From NCBI GenBank assembly GCA_036630325.1, contig CP142727.1:1178001-1242000 (forward strand): a stretch of DNA of 64,000 bases, read 5' to 3'. The notes under the pieces were generated by a model. It worked only from the letters and a program-made list of their open reading frames with translations. It made no database searches and was not told the DNA's origin. Numbering within the stretch: the stretch's first letter is position 1; the number at the start of each line of letters is the position of its first letter. Shown one piece after another: positions 34,734 through 46,714 of the stretch. Both the position numbers and the translations under genes were made by a program. Origin of the DNA: Vairimorpha necatrix. Lineage: Eukaryota.

Positions 34734-36941
34734 ATGATTACACCAAAATTTTTAATCTCATTTGGATTAATGGCGTCCAATCAGAATGTTTTTAATAATA
34801 TACAAAAAACGATACTTAGTAAAATACATAAAAGAGAATACGTTGTATTTGATTCATCTGCTTCTTACACTGTAATGGATATATGGATGTATGACTTTGA
34901 TAATACTATATCTTGCACGTTTACTGATGGATTTAGCGCTAGAAGAAAAAATGACGAGGTTGAAAATTTTAAAATATGTTATGAAAATAAATCTATTTGT
35001 GATATAACCGAAGAAATTGAAGCATATGTTAAAAAAATTTTACATTTTCCAGATAATAATCCCATCATACTAATATATCATAATTGTTATTGTGAGAATT
35101 ATTCCATCATGAAGAATGTTATAAATAATATTAAAAAAATAAATAGTGGAAGAAGAAAGAAAAAGAAAGGGAGTGAAATTTATTATGAAATCATTGCAGA
35201 ATCTGATTCTCACTTCAATACAATGTATAAGCATTTAAAAAAAACAAACACCAATGCTAGACATGATTCAGATCTTCCAAACTCCGCGGTTGATTATTTT
35301 AAATGCAATAATAATGACACTTATTATTTTAGAATTCGTATCATTGTATCGAAACTTTGCTATTTGTTTGAATTAAATATTAACGAACTCGATGTCAAAG
35401 AATTAAATTCCTTGGTTAAAATAAAAAAAGAAAATTATAAAAAAAATGACAAGGAAATACTTATCAATTTAATTAGCTTATTTAAAATACATGATCTTGA
35501 AAACATAAGCGAATCCCTTAAATTTGAGCATTGTACATTTAAAACAAATAAGATAGAAATAAAGTATTATAATTATTTTAAAGTAGAACTAAAAAATAAT
35601 GCTTTAATCTTTCAAGAAAATTCTAATGTACATTACAAATATTTAAAAAATAAGGAAAATCAGGGACATGAAAAAACATATATAGAAGAAAAAAACTTTC
35701 GTGATTTTAAAAATTTTTTAGATAAGGTTTATGAGATTAAAAACATAGACAATGGAAAAGGTGTAGAATTTTTTTACAGATTAATAAATAGACATAATAA
35801 AGTCGAGTTCCTAGTACTGAGAATTTTAAATAAACCAGGATCGGCTTTAAATTTGTTATTAGGATATCTTCTATTATTCGAAACCTTTATCCAAATGTAT
35901 GAATTTGATATCATTACAGGACAAGTTCGAGATGGACAAACTCAAATAGAAAATAGACAGGTCGTAATCACAAAATATATTAGTGGGAAAATATCGAAAA
36001 CAACATATGCAAAATCTTACTTAATGAAAATTTGTTTACTTCTTGAAGCAGAAAATTTTATCAACGAAGACGATCTAAGTCAAGATCTATTTTTCAAATC
36101 TCTAAAAAATATAAGTGTTCTAATGAATTCGAATTATGATGAAAATAATATTTTTATTGTGACGAAGATATTACAAGAGGTTCAAAATAAATATATCGAT
36201 GAAATCACAAGATATAAAACTGAAATTTTAGAAAATTTGTGTGATATCATCTCGAATTTAACATCTTTAAAAAGCACAGAATTCATAAATAGACAATTTG
36301 GCGATGGGATTATAACGAATATTAAGACTAATGAATTTGAAACAAGAGAAAATGTAAATCTTTTTATGAAAATCTTATTAAAAAATTCCAAACAAGATAA
36401 AAAATACGCAGAAGTGAGAAAAATAAATGAGAAGATTATGAAATATATCAAAGAAATCGCTGATAAAATAATATTATGCAATGAATCTAAACTAATAAGT
36501 TCAAAAGCTTTAGAAAAAAACAACATCAATTTATTAGTAGACGAAATTCGACAAAATCTCATTAAAGACTTAGTTAACGAAGGGATGAAAATGTTTGACA
36601 AAAAAATTCAAAGTTATGTTATTGAAGATGAGTTAATCAAGGACACGGTAAATAAGATAAAAAATGAATTTAAAAAAGGATTTACTCAGGAAATAAGAAA
36701 AAATGTAGTTGAAAATATAACAAATAATTTGGGGAGGTACTTGGTTAATCTGTTTTTTATACTTCTTGAGCCTAAGGCTAAAAATGAATTAAGTATCAAA
36801 TCTACGCAATGTAAACAAATGTTTGTAAATATACGGCCTATGTTAAGTAAAAATGTTTTAATGATATTAAATATGGAAATTGGTGGAAGGATTCATAATA
36901 TTTTAGTTGAAAAATTAGAAATATGTATAAATCAAAAATAA
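34734..36941 (+). CDS. Lineage-specific secreted protein, 735 aa; paralogue of 2802-4952 and 44405-46714
   Basis: ATCCCTA-ATG start and hydrophobic N-terminus. Shared blocks: RHNKVEFLVLRILNKPGSALNL, FDIITG and SYLMKICLLLEAENFINE. Confidence 0.9.
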   Translation: MITPKFLISFGLMASNQNVFNNIQKTILSKIHKREYVVFDSSASYTVMDIWMYDFDNTISCTFTDGFSARRKNDEVENFKICYENKSICDITEEIEAYVKKILHFPDNNPIILIYHNCYCENYSIMKNVINNIKKINSGRRKKKKGSEIYYEIIAESDSHFNTMYKHLKKTNTNARHDSDLPNSAVDYFKCNNNDTYYFRIRIIVSKLCYLFELNINELDVKELNSLVKIKKENYKKNDKEILINLISLFKIHDLENISESLKFEHCTFKTNKIEIKYYNYFKVELKNNALIFQENSNVHYKYLKNKENQGHEKTYIEEKNFRDFKNFLDKVYEIKNIDNGKGVEFFYRLINRHNKVEFLVLRILNKPGSALNLLLGYLLLFETFIQMYEFDIITGQVRDGQTQIENRQVVITKYISGKISKTTYAKSYLMKICLLLEAENFINEDDLSQDLFFKSLKNISVLMNSNYDENNIFIVTKILQEVQNKYIDEITRYKTEILENLCDIISNLTSLKSTEFINRQFGDGIITNIKTNEFETRENVNLFMKILLKNSKQDKKYAEVRKINEKIMKYIKEIADKIILCNESKLISSKALEKNNINLLVDEIRQNLIKDLVNEGMKMFDKKIQSYVIEDELIKDTVNKIKNEFKKGFTQEIRKNVVENITNNLGRYLVNLFFILLEPKAKNELSIKSTQCKQMFVNIRPMLSKNVLMILNMEIGGRIHNILVEKLEICINQK

Positions 36942-37429
36942 ACATCATTTTTTTGTATTAAAAAGAGTTAATTATTTTATTCGATTAGTTGCAATAAAAA
37001 AGTTTAATATCAAAAAGGCATTTCTTTTTTCAAAAAAAAATCATAGCTCAAAAAATTTTAGAACCGGTTTAATGTAATATGGCGCATAGTAATATGTATT
37101 TCATCTTATAGTATTAACAAATATCTAGACAGGTTTCCAAAATGTCTTGGCCTTTAAACCTGATCAAGATTTCTGTATGCAAACCATTATATATATTAGT
37201 AAATGTTTTTTTTCTTGTTTGTAAATTATCAAATAATATCGTTTTAAATTTTTATAAAATATGTTTTATTAAAATTCTGCTTATAAACTGCAACTGTATA
37301 TCTAATTAGAAATGGTTTTGTGTAAGATACTTCTTAAAATATGCTCTTATATTCACATAAAAATTTTTTAACTTAAAACTCAACTTAATCATGAACATTG
37401 TTTAAAAACGAAGATAATGAAAGGGAAAT

Positions 37430-38311
37430 AATGGCTCATTTAATCTTTGTACAAGGAATTCAAACGGATTGATAACAAGGCGTTTATTGTTTCTTACAGG
37501 ATGTAAATACAATCGGCGATAAAGGGAGACAATGAACCCTTTGTGTAGCTCATAGGAAGACTGTAGACCCTTTAACCACCAAATGCATTATTAAGTTTAT
37601 GTTTACTCATCAAAAATACTATGAGATAATTATATGTGCTCACTTTTGAGTATGATTTGAATATTCAGACAAGATTAATAAATGCTCATATAAGGTACAG
37701 AATTCCCTGAAACCACACTAGCGGGAAAGAGATGCTATAAGAATATAAAACAACAACTTAACTTTAATATTCTGATATATTTCCGTCAAAAATTGAAGAG
37801 GGGGGAAAAATATAAGTTCGCACGGACAACAAAATCAATTTACTATTATCTTGAAAAAACGTACAATTAGATATAATTTCTTGCAAATGAACTAATCTAA
37901 CACTTAAAGACCAATAAAATAGCTATGTTGATCTTTATATATTTACATCGGCATATTACGAAACGTACATTTGCAATAAGAAAATACAACCATTTATTTT
38001 AGCCTAATCCTACATAATTTCCATAAGAAGGCTTTGGAATATATCTCTTTAAACTAAAGACAATATACGATCAAAATGAGTTGTAAGCAAAAGATCTGTA
38101 TAGCTATAAGTGATTAGCTTGAAGAAAGATACTAAAAATGAGGGGGTGTAACGGAAAAATTTGTAATTATAGAGTTTAGAGCATATATATTCCAGCAGAC
38201 TTTTATGTAAGGAACTAATACACATAAACAAATCAAGAATGTGTACTAAAAATACCAGCATCTTATAAAAAACAATTTAACGTTTGAATATAATTTAGAT
38301 GATACAATAAC
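37430..38311 (+). mobile_element. Degraded gypsy integrase 3' region with PPT and probable LTR
   Basis: Purine tract GAGGGGG is followed directly by TGTAACGG at 38147; a candidate LTR end AATAACA lies at 38311. Upstream there are integrase-like fragments (IQT...DNKAF). Confidence 0.4.
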
Positions 38312-39887
38312 ATGTATTAATATATTCTTAGTTTCTTTTTGGAATTTTTAATTTTAGTCTAACAGCTTCTTTATATTTTAAACGGCAAATTGATGTATTT
38401 GACATAAAACTCAGTATTTTTTTTATAATTTATGTATAAATATGACTTAAATATTTAAAACTTTTATCTTCTTAATGAGCAATTTTTCAAAATTTTCGTT
38501 TTTTATATACATTAATAGGAGTATAAATTAAATGATTTTAGCCATATGAAACAAATAAAGAGTATTATAATTTTGATGATTTTGCTAGAGAATTTTGTAT
38601 GATATAAATAAAATTAAAAATTGAACCAATGGATTATTTTTTATACACATTTCCTTTGTTTCCCGATGCCTAATGAAATTATATATGACAATAATAGAAA
38701 TATACAAAAATAAAGACAAATGTTTATGTTCTATTTAATTTATCTATATGGTACACATTTATACATGTATGGTTGGAAGAAGGCGATAAAACAATTACAT
38801 ATGCATTTACAAGTTAAATAGTAAAAATAAAAATTAGTATTTAAAACGAATTAATCCGTGAAATTTTAGAAGCGGCCGAGAGAAATACAAAAATTTACCT
38901 TATAATTTTTTATAATGATGCGATTGTAATATATGTGACAGATGTGATCATAAGAATATTTCTTTTACGAAGTTTGTTCTCGAAAATTTTAAAAAATTAA
39001 ATAGTGGAAGAGGTCTGAAACTAAATGTAGTGAAATCAAATAAATAATTATTGTATAGATTGACGCTCTTTCGTTAAATTGTTCTAAAAACTAATAGAAA
39101 AAATTATAATCTTACATATGAAACATATATTCCTATTCTCTCAGTTACTCAGATTATCAACAACTATAATACATTTTGTTTTAGATTTATGTTGAAATAA
39201 ATAACGTCTGATATTTATTAAAATGAATCATACCGAATTTAATTTATTACATGCTATAAAACCGAAAATAATAATATAATAAGAAACTAAATTCTAAAAA
39301 TTGAAGAGATTATAAAAAATAAATGATCTAAATATCTTTATGAACTATTTGATTTGTCTCATTGCGAATTCATACAAGACAAAATTGTTCTAGATTATCT
39401 TAATGGCAGCTAACTAGAAATAAAAAATCATTTTTATATTTTTAGATAAGATTGAAAATGATTTTATTCTATAATTAATATTCTAATCAAATGAATAAAA
39501 ACCTCGTATATACTTTTTTTTAATATTTAAAGTATAGATTACGGCAAAGATGTTTTATCGCATTATAAAACGCAACAACAAAGTAAAGCTTTTTATAATA
39601 AAAATTTTGAATAAATCTGGTTCAATAATAATTGCCTGCTCGGCTATTTATTTATGATTATAAAAAAGTATGGATTTGATATCATACAGGAAAAATTAAA
39701 ACGTGGAAACTGATATAGAATATATTTATAAGGAAATCACAATTTATAACATATGGCTAAGCATATTTATTAAAAATGTTTACTTTTAGAAGTAGGAATT
39801 TTCATCTGCAAAAATAATGCAAGACAAGATCTATTTTTAAGAACTTAAAAAATATTTTAATTAAATAAAATTAATTTATAATTAAAA

Positions 39888-40399
39888 CTAGCGTATGCTT
39901 TCCCGTTTTGAAAACGGAATTAATATATTTTGTTTATGGCATGTACTTCCTCCTATATTTTTTGAGTTTCCATTTTTGGTTTGAATAAGAAAAAGAAAAA
40001 GTATGTTTTAAAAACACTTTTTATGAACATTTAAGGAGTACAATGAAGTTGAAAACACTTATGAATCTCAATGAGATATGTTTAAAACTATTAAATCTCA
40101 GTTTTTGAGACTTACAATTAATTTCTTCTTAGTTAATTGTTTTTTGGAATTTTTCTAGAAGGGTTAAATAAATTCAAAAAAACGATTCTGACGATATTTT
40201 GGAACTGAGTTTTACAAAACCAAGAATTAAAATGTAAATGCATTAATATATAATATATGCACTTAGAATAGTCAAAATCTTTCAATGAGTTTATATTTGA
40301 TATTACAATAACACAATAAGCTGTAATAAATAGTTTAGAAATTTCAAAGTCACAAAAAAGAGGGGTAAAAAATTAAATAAAATTCTTTTATATATATGA
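39888..40399 (-). mobile_element. Non-autonomous Helitron, unit 3 (512 bp)
   Basis: CTAG at 39888-39891 with an adjacent hairpin; conserved 5' terminus ends at 40399. Confidence 0.92.
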
Positions 40400-40919
40400 C
40401 TAGCGTATGCTTTCCCGTTTTGAAAACGGGATCTAAATGTTTGTTTTATAATATGCACCTCCTTTATCTTTTTGTGAATTTTCATTTTTTGATGAATGAA
40501 TTTGAAAAGGAAAAAACATGATTTTGATAAATACTTTTTAGTAACATATAAGGATTAAAGTTTAGCTAAAAACATTTAATAATTATAATAAGATAATTTT
40601 GGGAACTTCTAAGCTCATTTTTCGACACTTACATTCAATTTCTTCTTTTGTCAATTATTTTTGTGAATTTTTTCTAGAAGGGTTAAATAAATTCTAAAAA
40701 ACGATTCTGACGATATTTTGGAACTGAGTTTTACAAAAATAATAATATGAATTAAAATGCATTAATATATAATATACGCACTCACAATTATCAAATTAAA
40801 ACGTTAAATCTATATATGATATTTTATTAACGTAAAAGGCTTAAAATATATCGTTTAGAAATTTCAAAATCACAAAAAAGAGGGGTAAAAAATTAAATAA
40901 AATTCTTTTATATATATGA
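40400..40919 (-). mobile_element. Non-autonomous Helitron, unit 4 (520 bp), abutting unit 3 with no spacer
   Basis: Junction reads CTAG|TCATATAT on the minus strand. The pair is flanked by host A (39887) and T (40920) with no TSD. Confidence 0.92.
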
Positions 40920-43900
40920 TATAGATTTTTATTTGGCAAAAATATTACTTAAAGTATAAAAGGTCTAGGTTGATGAAATATATGGCAATAAAGTTGAGTA
41001 TATAACAAGTCTATCAAGAGATTTCAATATTTACACATTATAATAAATTAAAGGGTTTAAAGACATTGCAACGTAACCTATAACGAATATAAGACATAAT
41101 GAAAATGAGTTATAAGCATGCATGTTTCTTAAAAAATACAAACACCAAAGAGATACTAAAGAATATGCAACATATTAGAAAGAAGTAAATAAAAAGAACT
41201 TCATAAATTTTAGGTTAACAATTATAGACTTATCATTTAACAAAAAAATCAATGCCAAAAAGTAAAATAATAGAAAAAATGAAACTAAATTGTAAGATGA
41301 TGAGAAATTTCAGAGTTTTATGTATGAATTAATTGGAGTAGGCAAAAAATCGATTTAACAAAAATTTTTGATTACGTAATAAAGAACTAAACATACGAGC
41401 ATCAATTTAAAGACTGCACGACGCCCTTATAGAAAACTGGATCAAAAATACTGTCGTAACTAAATCAATTTATAATAGGAAATTTGTAAAAAAGGTTCTA
41501 ATATTGCTTTTTAGAGCCAATTCTGTTACATCTCTCCATGAGATTATATAGTGAAGAAACGCAAAGAATTTTATGTTTAATTTTTATTGATAAAAACTTC
41601 TAGAGATTATGTGTAAAATCAACAATTCAAATACATGATGAAATGTCAAAGTTAATCGGAAATAAATAAATTAGTTTAAATCATTGTATTGAAATTGAAG
41701 TATATTTATAAAAAGATCTTTTATTTACTCAAATAAAAATGAAATGTACGTGATATAAAGACTTATATATTTAAAAACCCCTAATTAGATTTAATTTTTG
41801 TTGCTACTTGCAAGATCAATGTTGTGATGTTTTTTGAAAGTTTTTTTGGCGTAAGTTTAGAGCAATTCAAGAACTTCATAATTTGACTTCTTATACATCA
41901 AAAATAAACATAATGCTTGTTTTGTGAACTTTTTTTAAATAAATTGGCGTAAATATGAAAACATAAATTATAATAAACAAGTTATTATGCGTTATATATT
42001 ACCTCATATACATTATTTTCATTCTGTGATTACTAATATGTAATTTTTTATCAAATTACTAATATTTTAGACAAGAAAAAAACTAATAAAACATACTATT
42101 CTTGAATAAAACGTTATCTTTAACAACGACTAAAGAATAAATAGAAACTATTGCGTAAGTTAGTTTATATTAAACAAATTTTATATGCTTCTATCTTGCA
42201 TTACACTAAGTGTTTTGTGTATAGTTCAATACGGCATCTTGTTAAGTGTTATAATAATATTTGATAAAAAAACATAGTCTCAAGACGAAATTATAAAAAT
42301 TTCAAAATAACTAATAACGAGTCTTTTTTGCAGATTTTATTCGAAATACTATAAATATTATTCTTTAAAATAGCTTAGTTATAACTAGAGTTAAGCTCAA
42401 AATTTTTTTTGCATATGCATGCATTATGACTGTTAAAATAATAGGAAGATATTTTTGTCTCGCAAGAATTTACATATAAAGTATTTAGTTTTGTATCATC
42501 ACTTCATAAAAACTACAAATTATCGTGTTAACATAATATTCTAAAATTTTTTAGATTATATATATCTATGCAATTATCTAGTATTTTAGGTTGTATTTAA
42601 TAAAAATTCATAATAGAAATATGTCTTGTGATATATGTTTGAATGATTAAAAAATAAAAGCTATGTTTTGGAGGTTTGCGTGTATATCTGGTAATGAGGT
42701 TCATATTGTGATATTAAAATTTTTGTGCCCTTTAACTTTTGTAGAACCCGATGTTACCAAGATCTTATATATTCTGACAGACATTTTAAAAAGCTCCAAA
42801 AAAATAAGATATATGCATTAAGAATATAGGCTTAGTGCTCCTACTCGTTGGATTGTAAGCAAGTCGCCAAACATTACACTTAAATTGTAAATATTGATTT
42901 TTAAATGCACAAAAGGTGATATTATTAAAAATGCTATAATAACTGTTTCCTAGTTCCCCTGGTTTTGAAAATCTAACCAATTTTACAGAATACTTCTTTA
43001 TCAAATTCTTCCTTTTAGTTATAGTCATCATGTATCCCCTGTTTTATTTTTATACCGAAATTATGAATGGATATTCGCTTTTCTAAATTAATCATGTATT
43101 ATATCACACATGCTATGTTCTGGTTATAGGGGAATACAAACTTAACGCAACAAAAGAAAGTTTAAGGACTTCTATCTGTCAAAATTGTCAGTGGTCTTAT
43201 AATTTCTTCTTCTTCACTCCTATAAAGATATTTTCTAAAGCTGTATTGGAAAATTATATATGTGCTTTATTTTTATTATTACATTTCGAAATCATTAGTG
43301 TGTTTTAAGGGATATATTGGGTCTATATTATTATAAATAGATGCTCAAGAAATAATCTTTTGTAATTTTTATGTATCAGCTATAATTCATTGACTTTTAG
43401 AAATACTATCAAGTAAAAGTTTATTTTAGAAAATTTTATACATGATATATCTGAGGTAGTCAATGGGTACATTGTCAAGTTAAAATATATTTCTAAATAA
43501 TATTTTATCAATGGTGCTTCTGGCCTGTATTAGTCTTTATTTGATTAGGGACTGTCGTGTTAGCTTATGACTCTTCTTCTCATAGCTTGTGCTCTTTTTA
43601 CAAAATAAAAAATTTATAAGGAAAAAATTATAGAAAAAATTTTTCTTAAAAAAATGAATTTCTTGACATGTAAGTAACACCACAATCTGCTCCACTATTT
43701 TAAGCAAAAATCTGTATGCAAAAAAGAATTAATACTAGCAATTACAACCTAAATGGTTTCATGTTATTGTTTTTTAACTTTGTATTCAGAAAATTCAGAT
43801 ATTTTTTTAAATGAAAGTAGTTTTGTGTATTTATTTATATAAAGTATTCGCAAATCAAGTTTAAGGAATTATAGATCAATTTTTTTTAAATTTTGCAATA

Positions 43901-44404
43901 TCTTTGTTTAATCTTTTCACAAATATTATACCTTCTTGTACACTAAAAATTCCAAATGTGTTTATATGAAGGATATTAAACTTGTAGTTTTTTTTATTAA
44001 TAAATTTTTTCTTTATATTTTTTGTTTGCTAAACGAGATATTACAAATTAACTTTAAACTATAATACGAAAATCAATTATATGCTATGAGAACATAATTA
44101 TATTTTTTGAATATTTTTATATTTTATTTAATATTATTTGCCAAAAATATTGACATAATTAACAAAAATTAATGTAATTTTTTAGTAAATAATAATATTT
44201 AAATTGTATACTGTTTTTTTACTATATAATACTTGGATTAATTTTGACATTAAAAGTGATGGACTAGAAAGTATTTTTTTGCCTGTCAAAAATTTTGCTA
44301 AAAAAATGAAATATTTATAATTGAAAGATTTGTATGTTTAAATATTAAATAATAAAAAAATATAAAATTTTTTTTAATATTTAAGAAAACATTTTTGTGC
44401 CCCT

Positions 44405-46714
44405 ATGAATATAATTAAATTAGTTTTGTCATTTTTAATTGTACAAGGATCGGATATAGTGTATAATAATCTGAAAACAGCTTTTTTAAATAAAATAGCT
44501 AAAAGAGATTATTGTATTTTGAGTAATGAAAGTAAATATTTATTTGTAATATTTAATTTTCACTTGCGCAAAAATATAATAAATGCAAAATTTAAGATAA
44601 AGACTTTTCCTTGGTATCAAGAGGAGTTTGAATGTTTGAACGTTGATATGGAAAACAAATCCATTGAAACAATCTTAAACGAATTCGAAGAAAAATTATA
44701 TATTATATACAAAAATAATGCAGCAGATTCTATAATATTAATTTATGATCAGAGTTGTTGTAGATTAAAACCAATTTATAAAGAAATTATCAAACATATG
44801 AAAATAAATAATGACGAACGAAAAGAAATGCATATACGTCATGATATCATTTATAAATATATAATTGATTCAAATGCTCTGTGGTATAGAATGACTAAAA
44901 TCTTAGAAATCGATTTGAGAGTATCTGATGGCGATCTAATCGAATATAAAATTCCGCTAATGATTGAAGAAACTTTAGAGGGAAATTATATAGTTATTAC
45001 TATTCAACTAAATAATATATATTATTGCTTTGAAATAGATGTTAAAGAACTTGACGAAAATGAAATTTTATTACTAATAGAATTTGATTTTCCACATGAA
45101 AATGAACGTCATAAAATGATTAGTAGGTTGTTTTGTGATTTGTATGCTTTTGTTAAAACTTGTGATCTTGGTTACTTTTATCAATCAGGCTTTTCAGTTT
45201 GTAAACCTAACGAGATTAAATTATCCGGAAATATCATACAAATTGAGATAAAATGTGATAAAATATGTTTTACTATAAACTTTTGTAATTTTAACTATAT
45301 TTTAAAAAAGAATGTAGATATGTGTGAAAATGAATTTAACATTTATCAAAAAACTTATCTAGAATTTCAAGAAGTTTTTAGAAAAATTTATGCAATAGAA
45401 CAAATAGACGAGGCAAAAAAAATTATTGAATTATTTTTTAGGTTGATTAGGAACAAAAACCAAGTAATATATTTAGTAAATAGAATTTTAGATAAAACAG
45501 GCACTGCTCTGAATATAATTTTTAAACATCTTATAGACTGTCAGGATATATTCAAAAAAAACGAACTTGGATTTTCAATATTAAAAGAACAGATCAATGA
45601 AAATGAAAGGAAATTGATCATTGAAGTACTACAGGATATATTCGGCGACTATGGATCATCAAGTACTTATCTAATTAAAATCTGTTTATTCTTAGAAGCC
45701 GAAGAGCTTTTAAATAAAAACGAGGTAGGCGATGCACCAATATTTGGAATTTTGAAAAGAATTACAGAATTAGTTATTTCACAGAAAAATTCAACGAACA
45801 TCACATCGAGCGAAGAAAATTCTGATTTGTGTAAAGCATATCAATATTTATTAAAAAATTGTCTTGCAGATATGGAAACAAATAAAAGAAATATTTGGAG
45901 GATTGTATATAAATTTGCGGCATTGTTTACAGGTTTAGAAAAGACTAAATGCAAGGATGATTATTATTATTATTATTATATCGTAAAAAGTAATGAGATT
46001 GCAAAATTGTGCCTCAGAGAGAAAGAAGTTACTAAAACTTACGATTTGATAAGTAAAAAAATATTAAAAAAACATTCAGAAGATATCAAAAAAGAAAATA
46101 TAAAGTATTTATATCGTATCAAAAATATTATCGAAAGTATAAACAAATCAAAAATGAGCGAAGAAGAAATAAAGATTAAAAGATATGAAATGACAACACT
46201 CTTAAATAGAATAAATATAAAAATATATAGCTCGAATTTAATACCCCTAAAAAATGAAGCTTTAAATGCAAATATTGAAAATTTGTATGATGACAAGACA
46301 AGAACTAAATTTGAAAATGATTTAAAAGAAAGGGGAAGAGAAGAAATTAAAAATATTATTATAAGTGATAAAGAAACTAAAGATTTGATTGAAATTATAA
46401 AACAATATGACAAAAATATTTTAAACGAATACAATAATACCTTTTTGACTAACTTTTTTGCTGAATTGAGTGTATGTATTGAAAAAAATGTGAAAAAATG
46501 TTCTGAAAGAGATTTGCCGAAAGTTTTTGTTTCCTTTTTTAAAGATTATTTAAATAATGATTTAAACAAACAAGAAGCTTGCGAAAATATTCTTAAAAAG
46601 ATAATAAACATATTAAGTGAAAATGGCATATTAAAAAGTTTAAAGCAATCAGAAATGACACTACATGATGATTTAGTAAAATCGTTAGAAGAAAAAGATC
46701 TTAAAGAAAAATAA
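44405..46714 (+). CDS. Lineage-specific secreted protein, 769 aa; paralogue of 2802-4952 and 34734-36941
   Basis: GCCCCT-ATG start and signal-like MNIIKLVLSFLIVQGS. Shared blocks: KIAKRDY, NKSIETI, RILDKTGTALN, TYLIKICLFLEAEELLN and LHDDLVK. Confidence 0.9.
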   Translation: MNIIKLVLSFLIVQGSDIVYNNLKTAFLNKIAKRDYCILSNESKYLFVIFNFHLRKNIINAKFKIKTFPWYQEEFECLNVDMENKSIETILNEFEEKLYIIYKNNAADSIILIYDQSCCRLKPIYKEIIKHMKINNDERKEMHIRHDIIYKYIIDSNALWYRMTKILEIDLRVSDGDLIEYKIPLMIEETLEGNYIVITIQLNNIYYCFEIDVKELDENEILLLIEFDFPHENERHKMISRLFCDLYAFVKTCDLGYFYQSGFSVCKPNEIKLSGNIIQIEIKCDKICFTINFCNFNYILKKNVDMCENEFNIYQKTYLEFQEVFRKIYAIEQIDEAKKIIELFFRLIRNKNQVIYLVNRILDKTGTALNIIFKHLIDCQDIFKKNELGFSILKEQINENERKLIIEVLQDIFGDYGSSSTYLIKICLFLEAEELLNKNEVGDAPIFGILKRITELVISQKNSTNITSSEENSDLCKAYQYLLKNCLADMETNKRNIWRIVYKFAALFTGLEKTKCKDDYYYYYYIVKSNEIAKLCLREKEVTKTYDLISKKILKKHSEDIKKENIKYLYRIKNIIESINKSKMSEEEIKIKRYEMTTLLNRINIKIYSSNLIPLKNEALNANIENLYDDKTRTKFENDLKERGREEIKNIIISDKETKDLIEIIKQYDKNILNEYNNTFLTNFFAELSVCIEKNVKKCSERDLPKVFVSFFKDYLNNDLNKQEACENILKKIINILSENGILKSLKQSEMTLHDDLVKSLEEKDLKEK

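Larger units (their letters stand above)
38629..41670 (+). pseudogene. Fourth, degraded paralogue of the ~750-aa secreted family, split by two Helitrons (39888-40919)
   Basis: Collinear fragments NEIIYDN, NSGR, RNNKVKLFIIKILNKSGS, FDII(T)G, LLLEV and QDLF precede the insertion. NIDFYLAKILLKV (compare NNIFIVTKILQEV in the 34734 paralogue) follows it directly, and IHDEM lies near the end. Many frameshifts. Confidence 0.8.

Noticed and set aside
42700-43600. Possible decayed gypsy pol on the minus strand
   Set aside because: Only vague fragments; no diagnostic motif could be read confidently.
45958-45980. (TAT)n run encoding poly-Tyr in the 769-aa protein
   Set aside because: Ordinary in-frame microsatellite, absent from the paralogues.
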